The notes under the pieces: generated by a model
What the model saw: only the letters and a program-made list of their open reading frames with translations
Told to the model about the DNA's origin: nothing
The model's database searches: none
DNA from: Tubiluchus corallicola
Taxonomy: Eukaryota; Animalia; Priapulida
Length of the DNA stretch: 64,000 nt
Reading direction: 5' to 3'
Assembly (NCBI GenBank): GCA_030141605.1
Contig: JAQGDQ010000009.1
Coordinates: 620,001 to 684,000 of the forward strand
In this document: one piece after another, positions 1 through 44,946 of the stretch
Numbering within the stretch: the stretch's first letter is position 1
How the letters are laid out: the number at the start of each line of letters is the position of its first letter
Position numbers and translations under genes: made by a program

Positions 1-354
1 GAAATCATTATGAAAATAAGATGCACCTTATTTTAGAACAAATGCTACACAAAAAGAAGCGCAGCACATCTGCAACAACTAATGCATGATTTTTTAAGCT
101 TAGTTCAAAAATAACATTAGAAAATGACAAGACAATGCACCATGGTGGCTTATTTTGAAGTTGGTTACAGAACAAAACCTAAAATATGAAATCTGTGAAT
201 GTTCAGATTGTGATTCTAGCTAGCTTCACTATCGTCAATAGTGCAATAGATCAAGTTACGTTACATGTATACGGGATTGATTTATGCCTTTAACGAAATG
301 CATCCCTTATGAATATCGGAGTATCACCAAAACATAATATTAATTCATACATAC

Positions 355-8731
<8,377 letters not shown>

Positions 8732-9741
8732 CCTCTGACTAAAGATCGTCTATAGTCAATATGCTGTGTGTACAATTTTAAAGCCCATAGCATTAATTCT
8801 AAAAAATAAGGAAACACAGATTAATTATAAAGTAATGTGATAACAACATTAGAAAATTTAATTAAATAGCTCTTTGGAAAGTTTTTACAAACACAGGTAT
8901 ATGAAGTATTTGTCAAAGAACAAGCAACATTAAACATTAAATCCTTATTTTAGGAGAAATCCTAATGTGTGCTAATTACAATGAAAACACGATTGATGAT
9001 TCGCTTCATCAGAACTTACAAAAGGGATATCACCACATTATTTTGGTTAGGCTCAGGTCATTTAACCCATAGAACTGATAGTGGCACTGCAGTGCGCTCT
9101 AATATGAACATTTTATTTCTCCACACTACTACTAGTACTAGGTCTTTTCCTTTAATCCCTCTGGCATACAAATTACATTACAATATTCTAATTGCCGCAT
9201 ACTACATCATTATGAAATGCTTGGTCAGATTTCTAGGTACAAGAACTACAAGACGTGTCAAGCTAGTGAGTAGAAAATAACATAAATATTAATTATGTTA
9301 GTAGATAATTACATACATACACACACATATATATATACCGTAAAGTCGTAAACAGAAAGTGCTGTTCAGCGAAATCAATCTAAGAAACCTTTGCACTTAT
9401 TAAAGTGAAATTAAGATCTCTGCCACTGCTCCAACAACGTGGAACGTAAATTTACGCAATCCATGTTGAAGTTAATGCAAGAAAATTTCAATGGAAAATC
9501 TCTAATTCTGAATGACATTTCATTGAAAAAAGGTCCAGGTTGTGCAAGGTGGAAGAAATTGAGCGTAAAATGTCATTTTATTTTGATAGCGCACACGCTG
9601 GTTGAAATTTAGGTAGTAAAGAAGACTTAGTTGTAAATAATGATGGAAAATTCCTGAAATAGTGAAGCGGCGTCAAAATCTGTACATTTAGTACGACCAT
9701 TGCCTTAAATCATAAACTTTGACCCATACATTTTATTTAAA
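8732..9741. promoter_or_regulatory. Shared divergent (probably bidirectional) promoter and 5'UTR region between ATE1 and LTN1
   Basis: The start codons point away from each other with 1010 bp between them. A candidate ATE1 5'UTR donor (ttacg|gtatat) at 9337-9338 would put the ATE1 first exon within ~400 bp of the LTN1 ATG. TSSs cannot be determined from sequence. Confidence 0.65.
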
Positions 9742-33590
<23,849 letters not shown>

Positions 33591-33901
33591 TTTATTCAGT
33601 TTGCGCTCTAAACATCATGTTGGAAGTACTGGTGAATCAAAGAATACTTACATTCTCGTTGATTTAATGTATTTTCACTGATTTTCGTTACATAATTGTA
33701 AGTATTTTTTTACTTACAATGTACATGTTCTAATAACGTTACCATCAGTGTTTTGTCAGCAATACGGCATTGGTATAAAGTGTAACAGCATAAGTTGGCT
33801 GTTTAAAGAAATGACTTACAACACTATTTTATTTATTCAAAATCCTTTGCAAACAACTTATTAAAAATCACAGTAGCATCAGCTAAAAATAGGTGCAGCC
33901 A

Positions 33902-33958
33902 AATAAACATAAGCACTATGCAGTTCTAGTGTATCGAAAAAAGTAACTAACTAATAAA
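33902..33958 (+). terminator. Candidate LTN1 polyadenylation signals
   Basis: AATAAA at 33902 and 33953, 0.3-0.4 kb after the stop. The hexamer is common in AT-rich DNA, so this is tentative. Confidence 0.4.
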
Positions 33959-35429
33959 GTGCTGTGTGAACATTTCCTACAATTCAACTAAGGCCGTATC
34001 ATCGTTTGATTTATATCAAAGGCCCAAGCTGCACAACATTGTTGCATCCAGTCTTGTTAATATACGTTTGCAAAACAATTAAAGATTGTTTTAAATCTTT
34101 TCTTCTGGCTTTAATTTTTTAAATTGCAAATTGATAAGAAATTTGGGAAATATTTTTGCATTATTTAATATCTTATTTGACAAAAACCAAAAGATACCAA
34201 AAATTCTTAAACTAAATGCCATGATAAGCCAGTTGAAATTATTATTTTATAATTGCAATTCCCCAAAAAGAACATTTATTTACATTATTTTGTACAATCA
34301 GTGAAAACTGGGAAATGATTTTAAAACTATATTATTTACAAACAAAATAAATTTTCTTAAAATGTAATTGCAGCCCTCAATTTTCTTCAATTTGGTGATA
34401 TTTATTATGTAGAAACTGGACATATACACAGTGATTCTTCTTGATAACACTACTGTATTCGACAGAAAAGAATGTGAACGTGTTCAAAAGCTTTCTTGAA
34501 GCATAATTCTTGGCTACTAAATCGAACACTTTATGAAGTTTATTGCACATGGTTATCAAAGCTAATTCTCTGAGAACGAGACACTTCATATACAGTTTTA
34601 TACACGTTTCCTCAAGGAGATGAATAGCTGAGCCAAAGGCAGTTTGCTGAGCAGGCACTTATCAAGGCCTGGCATTGTTTAACTTCATTTGCTAAGTACA
34701 CACTGTGACCACTCAGCTATTCTTTCCACTCCATCTTGATAATGTAAAATTGATATCTCTATGGTCTTACATAGTGTAGATGTCCTGTTATGACAACTTC
34801 AAAAATAAAAATTTGAAAGCTTTTAATATCAGATTCACTAATCTATTAATAGTCTAGTTATCCTAACTAAACAACTTCTACGTGAAAAGTTATATAATTT
34901 GCATAAATCTTTGATTCGTTGGTCCTATGACATATATGAGCAACAAATAATCATATTGCGTTTGAGAAAATATGATATAACTGCACAGCAGTTGAATCGG
35001 AAAAGTATCACAGAAAATGTAAGTATCATGAAAATCCTTTCTTGATCTATTTCAGACTAGATAGAGTTTGCATAATCTTAAGAGGTTGTTCAAGTTCGTT
35101 TGTTACGGTGAACCTAGAAACATATTAGCACTTAAACTCAATTTACTAATGTTTACATAAAGTCCTGCCATCCCCACTTTTAGACTGCTGCATCAGCTGC
35201 TTTTACTGCTTTCCAAAATTTTCCTATATGTGGCCTTCGAAATGAACCAGATTCTCTCAACAGAGTGCAAAAACACTTCTCTATGCTTTACTGTCTTCTC
35301 ATAATATCACCTAATGGTTGTACTTTTCACACAACCTTTGCTAACTCTGAGCTGTTGTTTCTGTATCAAATGCGCATTGGCTTTAAGACTTCTTACCAGA
35401 ACTGGTACGCGTGATGTTGTTCAGATTAG

Positions 35430-38400
35430 CTACACGTGCGAGACTGGTCCAGATACTTCCAGTCTGAAATGAAGAACCAAGACAAGTTCGTGGTAATTAA
35501 ACAATAATCAAACTTTCGTATTAGTAACACTACAAATGAGCACAGTTCATTTTTCACTGTGACTTACCCTGCCTAACTATCTGCTGCCAGAATATGTTGC
35601 ACAGAAGCTAAGTTGTTTTAGTTTTGTTAGTTTTTCGCCTTGTCCTGATTTAGTGACGGTTCATTAGACATCAAATATTGATTTACATTTTATCTACCTG
35701 TGGGTTCTTTTCTCGTTTGACATCATTCATAAGACGTTTTTAGACAAAATTTGTCTGTGTGCAAAGCTGTATATGCACTTACTCATTTTTGTTATCAGGG
35801 AATTTGTAGGCAACAATCAAGCCTTCTTTTCCTTTTATCATGTTCAATGGCACTTTCTTTGAGCATGGTCTTCTTTGTATTGATGACCCACGTTGACCTA
35901 ATCGTAGTTTCCCTTTTAACGGTGGAATCAACATCACCAATCCGCTGAGAGTGATGGTGACAGCAGCAAAGTAAAAAGCAGGATAATATGCATGTTTGGT
36001 ATCGTAAATCCATCCTAGAAATAGACTGTAGCCTTTTAGATATATCAAACAGAAATAATTTGCCAAATTTTAGACTAAAATAATATTATTTTTGAGTGCC
36101 CTACAAAATTGAAATTTCACAGCATGATATTACAGTATACTGTCTTTTGGCTGTGAGAATTACATGTTTATAGTTTTAGTACTTTTTGTTATAGCCGAAT
36201 AGTTGTTGCATGTTAAAAATTCCAGAATAATGTTAGCTATAATCACCAACTGAAAAAGAGCCACGTTGACATATAAGGCACTCAGTACATGGCAGCAGAC
36301 AACAAAGAAATCATACAGTTTACAACACGGTCTTCACCACTGAAAATAAACTGCTGATAAAGATTGTTAACAAGAAAAATTGGGACTTAATCCTCTGAAT
36401 TATGGTACCTGGAATTTTCCTTAAAGAGAAAGAGTAACCGCGTAGACCCATTTGATGCAAAGGAACTAGAGGTAAAAATTGCTGAGTGCTGAGACAAAAT
36501 ACCCCTTAAACAAGTAAGAAACTATGGCAGCTGTTGTAAGAAATGCTTTAGTCTAGTTTGCAGTGAAATTGATGATCACATAGAGCACTGGCTGTTAATT
36601 TTAGCAATAGTGATTTTTTTGGCATTTAATTTTTGACTAGTTAATTTAAAATTTCTGTATCTTTGGAACAATCTAGGAGAATGGTGCTCTGTAAGTTTGA
36701 TACTGGTAATTTTGGTATGGGAAAATTTGGTACAGAGAAAGTGTGGTACTGCAAAAATATATCTTATATAACATACTTGAACAAGTTATATTGTTGCATT
36801 TGTTTTTATTTGTTTTTTGTTCACTTCATCTTTGTTCGTTTGTCTGTTGTTTATTTGTTGTTGTTGTTTGTCTGCTTCTTGCTCACTCTTTTGTTGTGAT
36901 TATTAGCACCACCACCACCACCATCATCGTCATTGCCGTCATCATGTCACCATAGTTATGTCATTTTGTTGCTGTTGTTATCGTAGATGTCGTCGTCGTT
37001 ACTGCTGCTGCTGTTGTTGTTGCTGCTATTGTTCTTGCTGCTATTGTTGTTGTTCTTGTTGTATGTTAGCTGCTTGCTTGCTTTTCATCGTCATCATTGT
37101 TGTTGTTGTCATTGTTACATTTGTTGTTTTCTTGCAGTTGCTGTTATTGTTGTTGTTGCTGCTGCTGTTGCTGTTGTTGTTCTGTTGTTACTGTTGTTGC
37201 TGCTATTTATATTGTTGGCAGTGAACATCATAATCATCTTTGCCATCACAACTGTTACTGTTCTTGCTGATGTACCAATAAATACCAAAGGATGATAATG
37301 ACTACAGTAATAGTAATGACAATAATATTGATGATGGCAATGATGACGATGGTGATTATGATAATAATGATGACGATAATAACAGTGACGATTCTGGTAA
37401 AGATGACACTGATGATGATGTTGACAGTGACAATGGTTATGACAATTGTAGCAACAGCAAAATAGCGATTTCCACCACATACAGTAGTTACTACTGGCAC
37501 GACACTACACGGTACATTTGTGTTACTTTACGATAATTACAATAATGATTTAAAATTAGTCCCGATTTCATGCAAAATTCATTTACGGGGTTTGGCTAGT
37601 GGGAATAAATAATACTCACTTTTTAAATTTGGCAGAACTTTGCAAAGTGCAACTGTTAGTAGCTCTTAGTTCTTCGTGCAGTACTATTTTTACTTTCGTT
37701 TGTCTGAATGCTCTTTTAAAAAGCAATAAATTTTACCCGTGTCTTTGTCATTATAGTAATTATTAAAATACAGACGGACAGATGGACAGACAGGCCGACA
37801 AGCAGGTGACTTGCTAAAAACAGCAGTTGAACATTATGTTATTATTTAATTGTTTCTAACAGTGTAGTAATTCAGTAAACAACCAAACTGTTATATACAT
37901 GACAGCTTGATTTCAGAAATTTTATTTTCAAAATTAGACGTTAAACCATAAAACATTAAACAGAGTTATGATATATAGGCATGAAAGCTGTTACGAAATA
38001 CAAGGACAAACAATAAAATATTGTTTTATATTGAGATATAAAAATGATCCCTTTTTTCCGTTTAATACCAAATTTTCCAGGACCAAACTTTTGTAGTACA
38101 AAATTTTCTTCCTACACCGTATTTTCCTAGAACCAAAACTTCCTTCAATACTAAACAATCCTGGTACCATGCTTTCCTAATACCAAGCATTCCCTGTCCT
38201 GTACCAAAAATTCCTCGTACCTAAAGATGATAGTACCAAATTTATCTGTACCAAACTTACCTGTACCAAACTTTCCTACATTCTAGGGGAACAATCGATA
38301 TTTTTAGTGTTTATACAAAAGCATGTGTAACATTGATGTGATAATTTTCAAGCCATTGCGTTATTTTCTTATAATATCGTGAACAAAAGTTTGACACATT

Positions 38401-40623
38401 TCTTGTACCATTCAATGGAATTTAAACCTGTGCCTGTGTAACACAGTTGAAATAATATATCATTATTCATCCCTTATTACCTGCAACAGGTCCACCAACT
38501 AAAGAACCAACAGCATCATAGAGGATCAGAAAACCATAGGCATTAGCCATTCTGTTCATACCTACAAATTCCACAAGTATTGAAGGCAGCAAAGCGCCAC
38601 CTGAAGCACCTAGGAAGCCGAGCATTGCACTGTATGCGGCTATGTAGTTGTAACTCGTGTTTAGCGGAAACATGAAGGTGCAAACACCAAGTATTAGGAA
38701 AGCTGTGTTGTAAAGTTGAACGCATGGAATCCTTTGATGGTTGCCCAACACGCCAAAAGATATTCTTCCAACAAAATTTGTGATTCCCATGATGCTGATT
38801 AACATTGATGCGGAATCAGCCGAATTTCCAACCCCTTTTGCATAGGCTGGAATATGCAGATATAAGCTGGATGCACCCAAGAAATATAATATGTTGTTTA
38901 TACACAGTTTTGTGAACTTTTCTTTTCGAAGCATTGACATGTGAAGAACTTTTGCCGTCTTACTACTTGATGAACTATCTATATTCATGGGAAAATACAC
39001 TACACCACATACACACAGATTCAACATAATTGCACCACATATGAGCATGCTTTGACGCCATCCATACTCTTCTACTATATACCGATACAATACAGGGAAT
39101 AATAGCAATCCTATTCCACCTCCAGAGACAGCCAGGCCGATGGCTAATGTTCGCTTTGCCTCAAAATACATTGTCACAGCTTTTATAGTTGGCATGTATG
39201 CTGTACCAATTCCACAACCTGAAAAGAAAAAAAATAATTAAAATGGACAACTTTTGGTCCAAAAATTTGTTTGTCTATCTTTACAATTGACTATCATCAA
39301 TTACTTTAAATAACTTTTCAGTAGCTACATGTTTATTTACACATATTCAGGATGTGTAACCATCACCCTATCCTAAATGAACAATGAATTTGCACTTGCA
39401 GTCAGCAGGTGTTCTTTATTTTTAATGTATTACGTACAAGTATCAGCTTTATTTTACACGGTAAAAATAGAAGTTAATACATTACATAGATGGCCTGCCT
39501 GTATGATGAATGTACCCGACTAGTTCTCATACTAGAATAGATTCTTCATGATATGTGGTTTATAGATTTAAAATTTCTAAATTTGATCACTTTTAAACAG
39601 AAACAGCTTCTTTCAAAGTTAAAGTGTTTATTTAACTTTGTTATTGTGGTGTTTACCTTTGCGACCGTCTTATACATACCAACCACTGCTCCAAAGCTAA
39701 TGTACAGAAAGTAAATGCTTGTAGCAAACATGCTTGCTATAAATCCAATGAAACACAAGATCCCACCAAAGATTGTGACAGGCCTACAACCGTACTTGTT
39801 TGCAAGGATGCTGGATAGAAAACCTGTAAAATGGAAACATGGGGTTAAATTGAGACAATTAAACAGACAGTTTAAATTAGATAGATGAGGATCAGATTTC
39901 GGCTGTGTGAAGCATTGGTTTGTTCTGCTAACAGATAATTTGGTGAAAGATGGCAATAAGGAATAGACAATAGAGGTATTAAAGCTGAGTGCTGTTATAA
40001 AGAAAGTTAGCAGATGTCTTGTTCACTTGTGCATAAAAGGAGTGGAAGAAGATTACAGGCTAGATGAACTAAATTTTGTTTGTAGAATCAGTCTAACTGT
40101 TTCACTAATAACAAAGGTTTTAAGCCATTGTTGATATAGACAATGTTAATGATACACGGTCATGATTTGGCTGGTGATTTCACTAATTGTGCCATTCCGT
40201 AAATGCTGAAATCTGCTAAGCAATTACAGCTATGTGGTACAGAATACATTAACTTTTACTGACATATACTGTTTACTGGTAAGTTTGCATGCCAAGGAAA
40301 TTCCCATATATCTCTAGCTTAGCTAAAAGCTTAGAACTTGTGAAGTCTTGTTTCGACATCCAAAAACTTGTTGTATTAAGTACCACTTTAGCGTAGTCAT
40401 TGCTAAACTCTTTTTTAAACTCATACTTACAAGAAAACATCGCGACTCCAGTATTGATTGAACCAATCCATGCTGTTGCTGCACTGCTTTCCTCAAACTC
40501 CTCCAAAAACACAATGTTGAATGCACCAATACCATACAGAACTGAGAAGATGAGAAAATGTACAACAAAGCCAGCCAGAAGGACCACCCAGGCCCAACCT
40601 TGATCTTGTTGCAGATGCGGCAT
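35430..40623 (-). CDS. SLC16/monocarboxylate transporter family (MFS) paralog 1, 5 coding exons, 446 aa
   Basis: Exons 40623-40431, 39823-39680, 39218-38481, 36014-35783, 35463-35430. Motifs DQGWAWVV, AATAWIGSI, LANKYGCRPVTIFGG, YFEAKRTLAIGLAVSGGGIG, YGWRQSMLICG, GGPVAGWIYD. Ends ELEVSGPVSHV*. Probable upstream non-coding exon with donor at 41224-41225. Confidence 0.93.
36674..38287. mobile_element. Foldback/Mutator-like non-autonomous element in intron 3 of SLC16 paralog 1
   Basis: Inverted arrays of ~15-bp subrepeats (GGTAAGTTTGGTAC-like at 36690-36750; GTACCAAACTTACCT-like at 38068-38280). A 9-bp direct repeat GGAACAATC flanks it (36665-36673, 38288-38296). The interior is low-complexity. 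Confidence 0.55.
36845..37460. repeat. Degenerate trinucleotide low-complexity tract (TGT/TGC/TCA, then GAT/AAT)
   Basis: Visible directly. Source of the poly-C/L/V/H/I pseudo-ORFs at 36663-37500. Confidence 0.92.
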
Positions 40624-41437
40624 TGCTGTGTACCCTTTCCGGACCTTCCTTAGGTCTCATTAGACATCTTTAATGAAAGGAGTTTGAAGACACAGCACAA
40701 TGCCTGTCCTTTCAAGTCCTGAAGGCTACATATTTAAAAATAGACATCCAGCTGCTTTCTAAAAACACATCAACATATTTCATTTTATTAAGTTAAATCA
40801 GCTCATGTAGAGAGATTAACTAGATCGTAATGTCTGCAAGATAACATAGCATGTACATAGTGTGTTGTTTATATCTGAGCATGTCACATTGTGTGTTGTT
40901 TTTATCTGTACAGTTTATAGAGCATGACTTTGTTTATTGTACTTCTATTCCTCGAAGTTATTAGATGAATGAATAAAGACCATCTAGATTCAAGACGTTT
41001 TTTAATGAACGTTATCCTTCTATAAGAATTATTGTGAATGGGCTAGCAAGCGTCGGCTATGAAATTCGTTGTTAGACCAATTTTTAACAAGGAAGAAAGT
41101 AATGATGACAAAGTAGAATCACTATTCATCATAGAAGTGCAACTCTATAAAAATAGACTACATTTAATAAAATAAATGATAAGCTGTGAATGACATCATG
41201 TTTGTTAAACCTTAGTTGCACTTACCTTTGGTACTGCAAACGCCATGTCCTTGTTTTAAAATTCACTGCAGCATGTGTTGCTGCTTCGCAAGGCTAGTTG
41301 TGTATCGCATCTGAACACAGGTAATAAGTAGCTAAAGCATACTTCGTCACATTGATTGTTACCTTGGCTTACTGAAGCGTCGATGACTTGCTGTATTACC
41401 CCGGTTTTACCTTCAGCCGTGCATTATGCAATATAGG

Positions 41438-41924
41438 CAGGCTGCATAATATTATGGATATCCATAAAATAAGACCAAAAATAAAATTTGAAAAATCCAT
41501 AAAAGAAATGCATAAAATAAAAAAATATTTTTTTGTGATTTTTTGTACAAAATAAGGCAATCAAACCTGAATACAGGCATTGGATCGGAAACTTCAGCCT
41601 AGAGGTCATTCTACATTCGTACCAAATAGATGAATTATTTGAACTGAAGTGATGAATTAAAAGGCATTGTCTCGTAAAATTTGATTAAATTTGAAGTGAT
41701 ATGAAACCGATAAAATTAAAACGAAACCGTTAAAATTAAAACTAAGTCCTGCGTGTTTAAAAACACGTTGCAAGCACTCCTGTTTTTACTTTTTAATTGA
41801 TTTCCCCCTGGGCATCTCGTTCCAGATATAGTCTATTTCTTATTTTATTGATATCCATAAAATAACATTTCAAAAATCCATAAAACAAGCTATTTTATAC
41901 ATATCCATAATCTTATGCGCCCTG
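41438..41924. mobile_element. hAT-type MITE (487 bp)
   Basis: TIRs CAGGCTGCATAATATTATGGATAT and ATATCCATAATCTTATGCGCCCTG. Perfect 8-bp TSD AATATAGG (41430-41437, 41925-41932). Subterminal ATCCATAAAA repeats. Confidence 0.88.
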
Positions 41925-43780
41925 AATATAGGTGTCTGCGACATTACTGCCCTGATATAGGCGTTCGCGCATTACTGATAGTCAGTTGATTGATTGCATG
42001 TTATATAGCTCTATCGTGCACTCTTACGTACCACATTACTGCTGCATCACCCGTATTGCAACGCATATATGTAATTGATTTCTAGTATGGGCGCAACGGG
42101 ACTGTGGAGTGTAACGAGTGTCTGCATGGCTTGTTTGTTTGTTTGTTGATTAATTGGTCGGGTCATTAGTTGGTTGGTTGTTTGTTAGCCGGGTGGTAAC
42201 ATATATATTGTTTCTGCCACCTGATGATTATAATTAATATATGAAACTAGTTGCGGCAAAAGTGACAAAAAGTGGTGTCGAGAGTCTTTCTGTATACTAC
42301 TGTGCATCAGTCACCAAACAAGATATTTTTAATACATACAGATGTGTATAACATATATATAATCATTACGAGCTTCGTGTGTCCTCCATGAAAAAAACGT
42401 TGATGCCAATACCCTAGCCTTTTATCTGTTGTACACAGTATTCATCTAGAGACCTTTGTCATTGTTTTAGAGATTAGGCTTCTGACATGGCATGAGATAA
42501 GCTGCCAACTTCCTGTGCGTCTGGATGATGTATAAGTGTATAGATATATTGAATGTAGTCTTCATTTTTTGTAGTTGCCGAATTCGACAGGTGACCAAAC
42601 ATACGCAATAACTGATTGTTTTTGAGTCTCCTGTTTCTTCCTAATAGTACCAATACAAAATTGTACAAACTGTGTTACTTTTAGTAATATATACCTACTT
42701 GTAATCTTAAATTGGGAATGACAAAATGAATGAAAGTACCTATTGGATGATGTGTCACAGCAACTAATAATCGGGTCATTTTACGGTAACACGTTATACA
42801 GACCAAATATTAGATGCATTAAGCATAAAGTAGAAATTAACAACACAGATGGGATATTTTTGCATTAAAATTACCTAATACATTTTTGCATTAGCTAATC
42901 TAAAATCAAGACGCATGGTATACATTTCGTTTTACTATATGCTCTTAGTAAGAACAATTGACACTAAAAAACTTACTTTTCAATTTTGCCTAAAGTAAGA
43001 ACGCATGTAAAGATTAAATGCCAGCTAAATTGTGAATAATTTACACATATTTACACATTATACATGATCTATACACGGGTTTTAGTGTGCACTCTCATGG
43101 TACTGTTTAACAGTAACGATATATTTGTACACAAGAAAAATATCGCCAGAGTTTATACAATATGACATTAAAACTAACTCTTGAAACTCTGAACTCTAAA
43201 AATTGCATATACATTTGCACTATATTATATGTGCTTGTGCATTTAATTCCTGAAAGTCACTGACCTGTTATCAAAATGTGAAAGCACTAGCTAGAACAAT
43301 TATTATATGTTACACATTTTAACAAACAACACGTGAGTTAATTTTAATGCACGAGACAATATTGACGCATATATAGCCACTAGTGACTAGACATTACATG
43401 TATATTACTATCTTATTGAAATTAATCACAAAAAAGTTGTGATTCTATATTTGACTTAACACAATTTTAGCATGTGCTGTTAAATCCTAGTATAAATTTA
43501 AGTTTAATTAATAAAATTGCGTACACAGTGAAATATACACGTCTACGTGAGCTCGTTCCTGAATCTTTAGGAAGTGCTTTTTTAATCACGAGCACTTAAA
43601 CTGTGAGGAATTAACTATTTACGCAGAGTTGGTTATAACAGAAACAGAATTGCTATTACTGAAGTGAGCATTTGATTCAATTCTGTGTCTGAATACAAAA
43701 ATCTATAAAATTCACAAATGTCGACACTTTGTCTTTGTTTTTACTCCCTGATAAACAATTGAGATCCATTTCTCTGAAAC

Positions 43781-44378
43781 CAGACCCAAGGAGAGGGGGT
43801 GCACTCTTTACGTATTTCTGGAGTCCATGAAGTCCTGGGGCCCATAAATGTTCAATTTTGTACATCGGCATGATCAGTATTCGTGTCGATGCGAATCAGA
43901 TGCCCTGCTCTGGCTATGCAGCTGTAAAGTTAGAAACCCCAAATTTTGCATAGTTGGACAATATTTTCATCGGATTCTCACCTACATTTGATATTACTTC
44001 ATATGTTAAGCAATGGAAACAATATAAAACACATGAAGCGTTAACTTGGTCTATACATGTTAGGTCTAACAATTTGCACAGGTCCTGCTACACTCAGCTA
44101 CAGGATAATTTCCAATTTTCTAAACGTAATGTCAGTTTTGTGTGTTGTCCAACCAAAGCTTGCTTATAGGTTTTTCTACAAGTCGTGCAGTGTCAGTTAG
44201 CAGAAAATGAACTGGAGGATGTATTATGGTTCACTGTTAATAAACATATTTCAGTTATTAACAAATAAAGATTATCAAACATTACTGTATATTATAGTCT
44301 TCATGCCCCTGTACAGGTGAGGGAAGGGGCCCAAAATTTATCTTGCTCTGGCACGTGAAAATTCTTTCGGAGGCCCTG
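43781..44378. mobile_element. Older hAT-type MITE (598 bp)
   Basis: CAG...CTG termini (CAGACCCAAGGAGAG and CTTTCGGAGGCCCTG, degenerate). GGGGCCC subterminal motifs at both ends. 8-bp flanks TCTGAAAC and TCTGAACC match at 7/8. Confidence 0.6.
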
Positions 44379-44613
44379 TCTGAACCATTTGATTTTTATA
44401 CTTCACAGTATTAATGAGTTATCAATTGTCTGCTACAGATCATCCCCATACAAACGAATTTCTGCCTGATATGCACCAACGCTTATACATGCAATCAATT
44501 CAGGATGCATTTCCATGCTGATTTCTTCTTCGTACGACTTATCTCATTTTCGTGTCTTGTAGACGACATCGCCCGCGATGTATTTTGCAAACAAGCTGAA
44601 GAACCGGCTTCAT

Positions 44614-44870
44614 TTATACATGTGACACTGGAGCCAATGCTTCAAGCCTGCAAAATTAAGTCACAGTTTAGCAGTAGCCTGTACGATCTGCCCTCTTTTC
44701 CAATGTAAGGTTTGTTCAAAATGCTGCTGACACTGGAAATTTTAGTTTACGGAGATTAAATGTTGTTAAATCTCAAAAAATCTCGCGAATTGTTAAGTAT
44801 TTCACGACACAATACACTGACTGAGCGATATACGCTTTGTGCTTTACTTTTATTTTTGTTTTATGGACTT

Positions 44871-44946
<76 letters not shown>

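Noticed and set aside
36663-37500. Cys-, His-, Leu- or Ile-rich ORFs resembling metallothionein or membrane peptides
   Set aside because: They are translations of a degenerate trinucleotide tract, open in several frames on both strands inside an intron.
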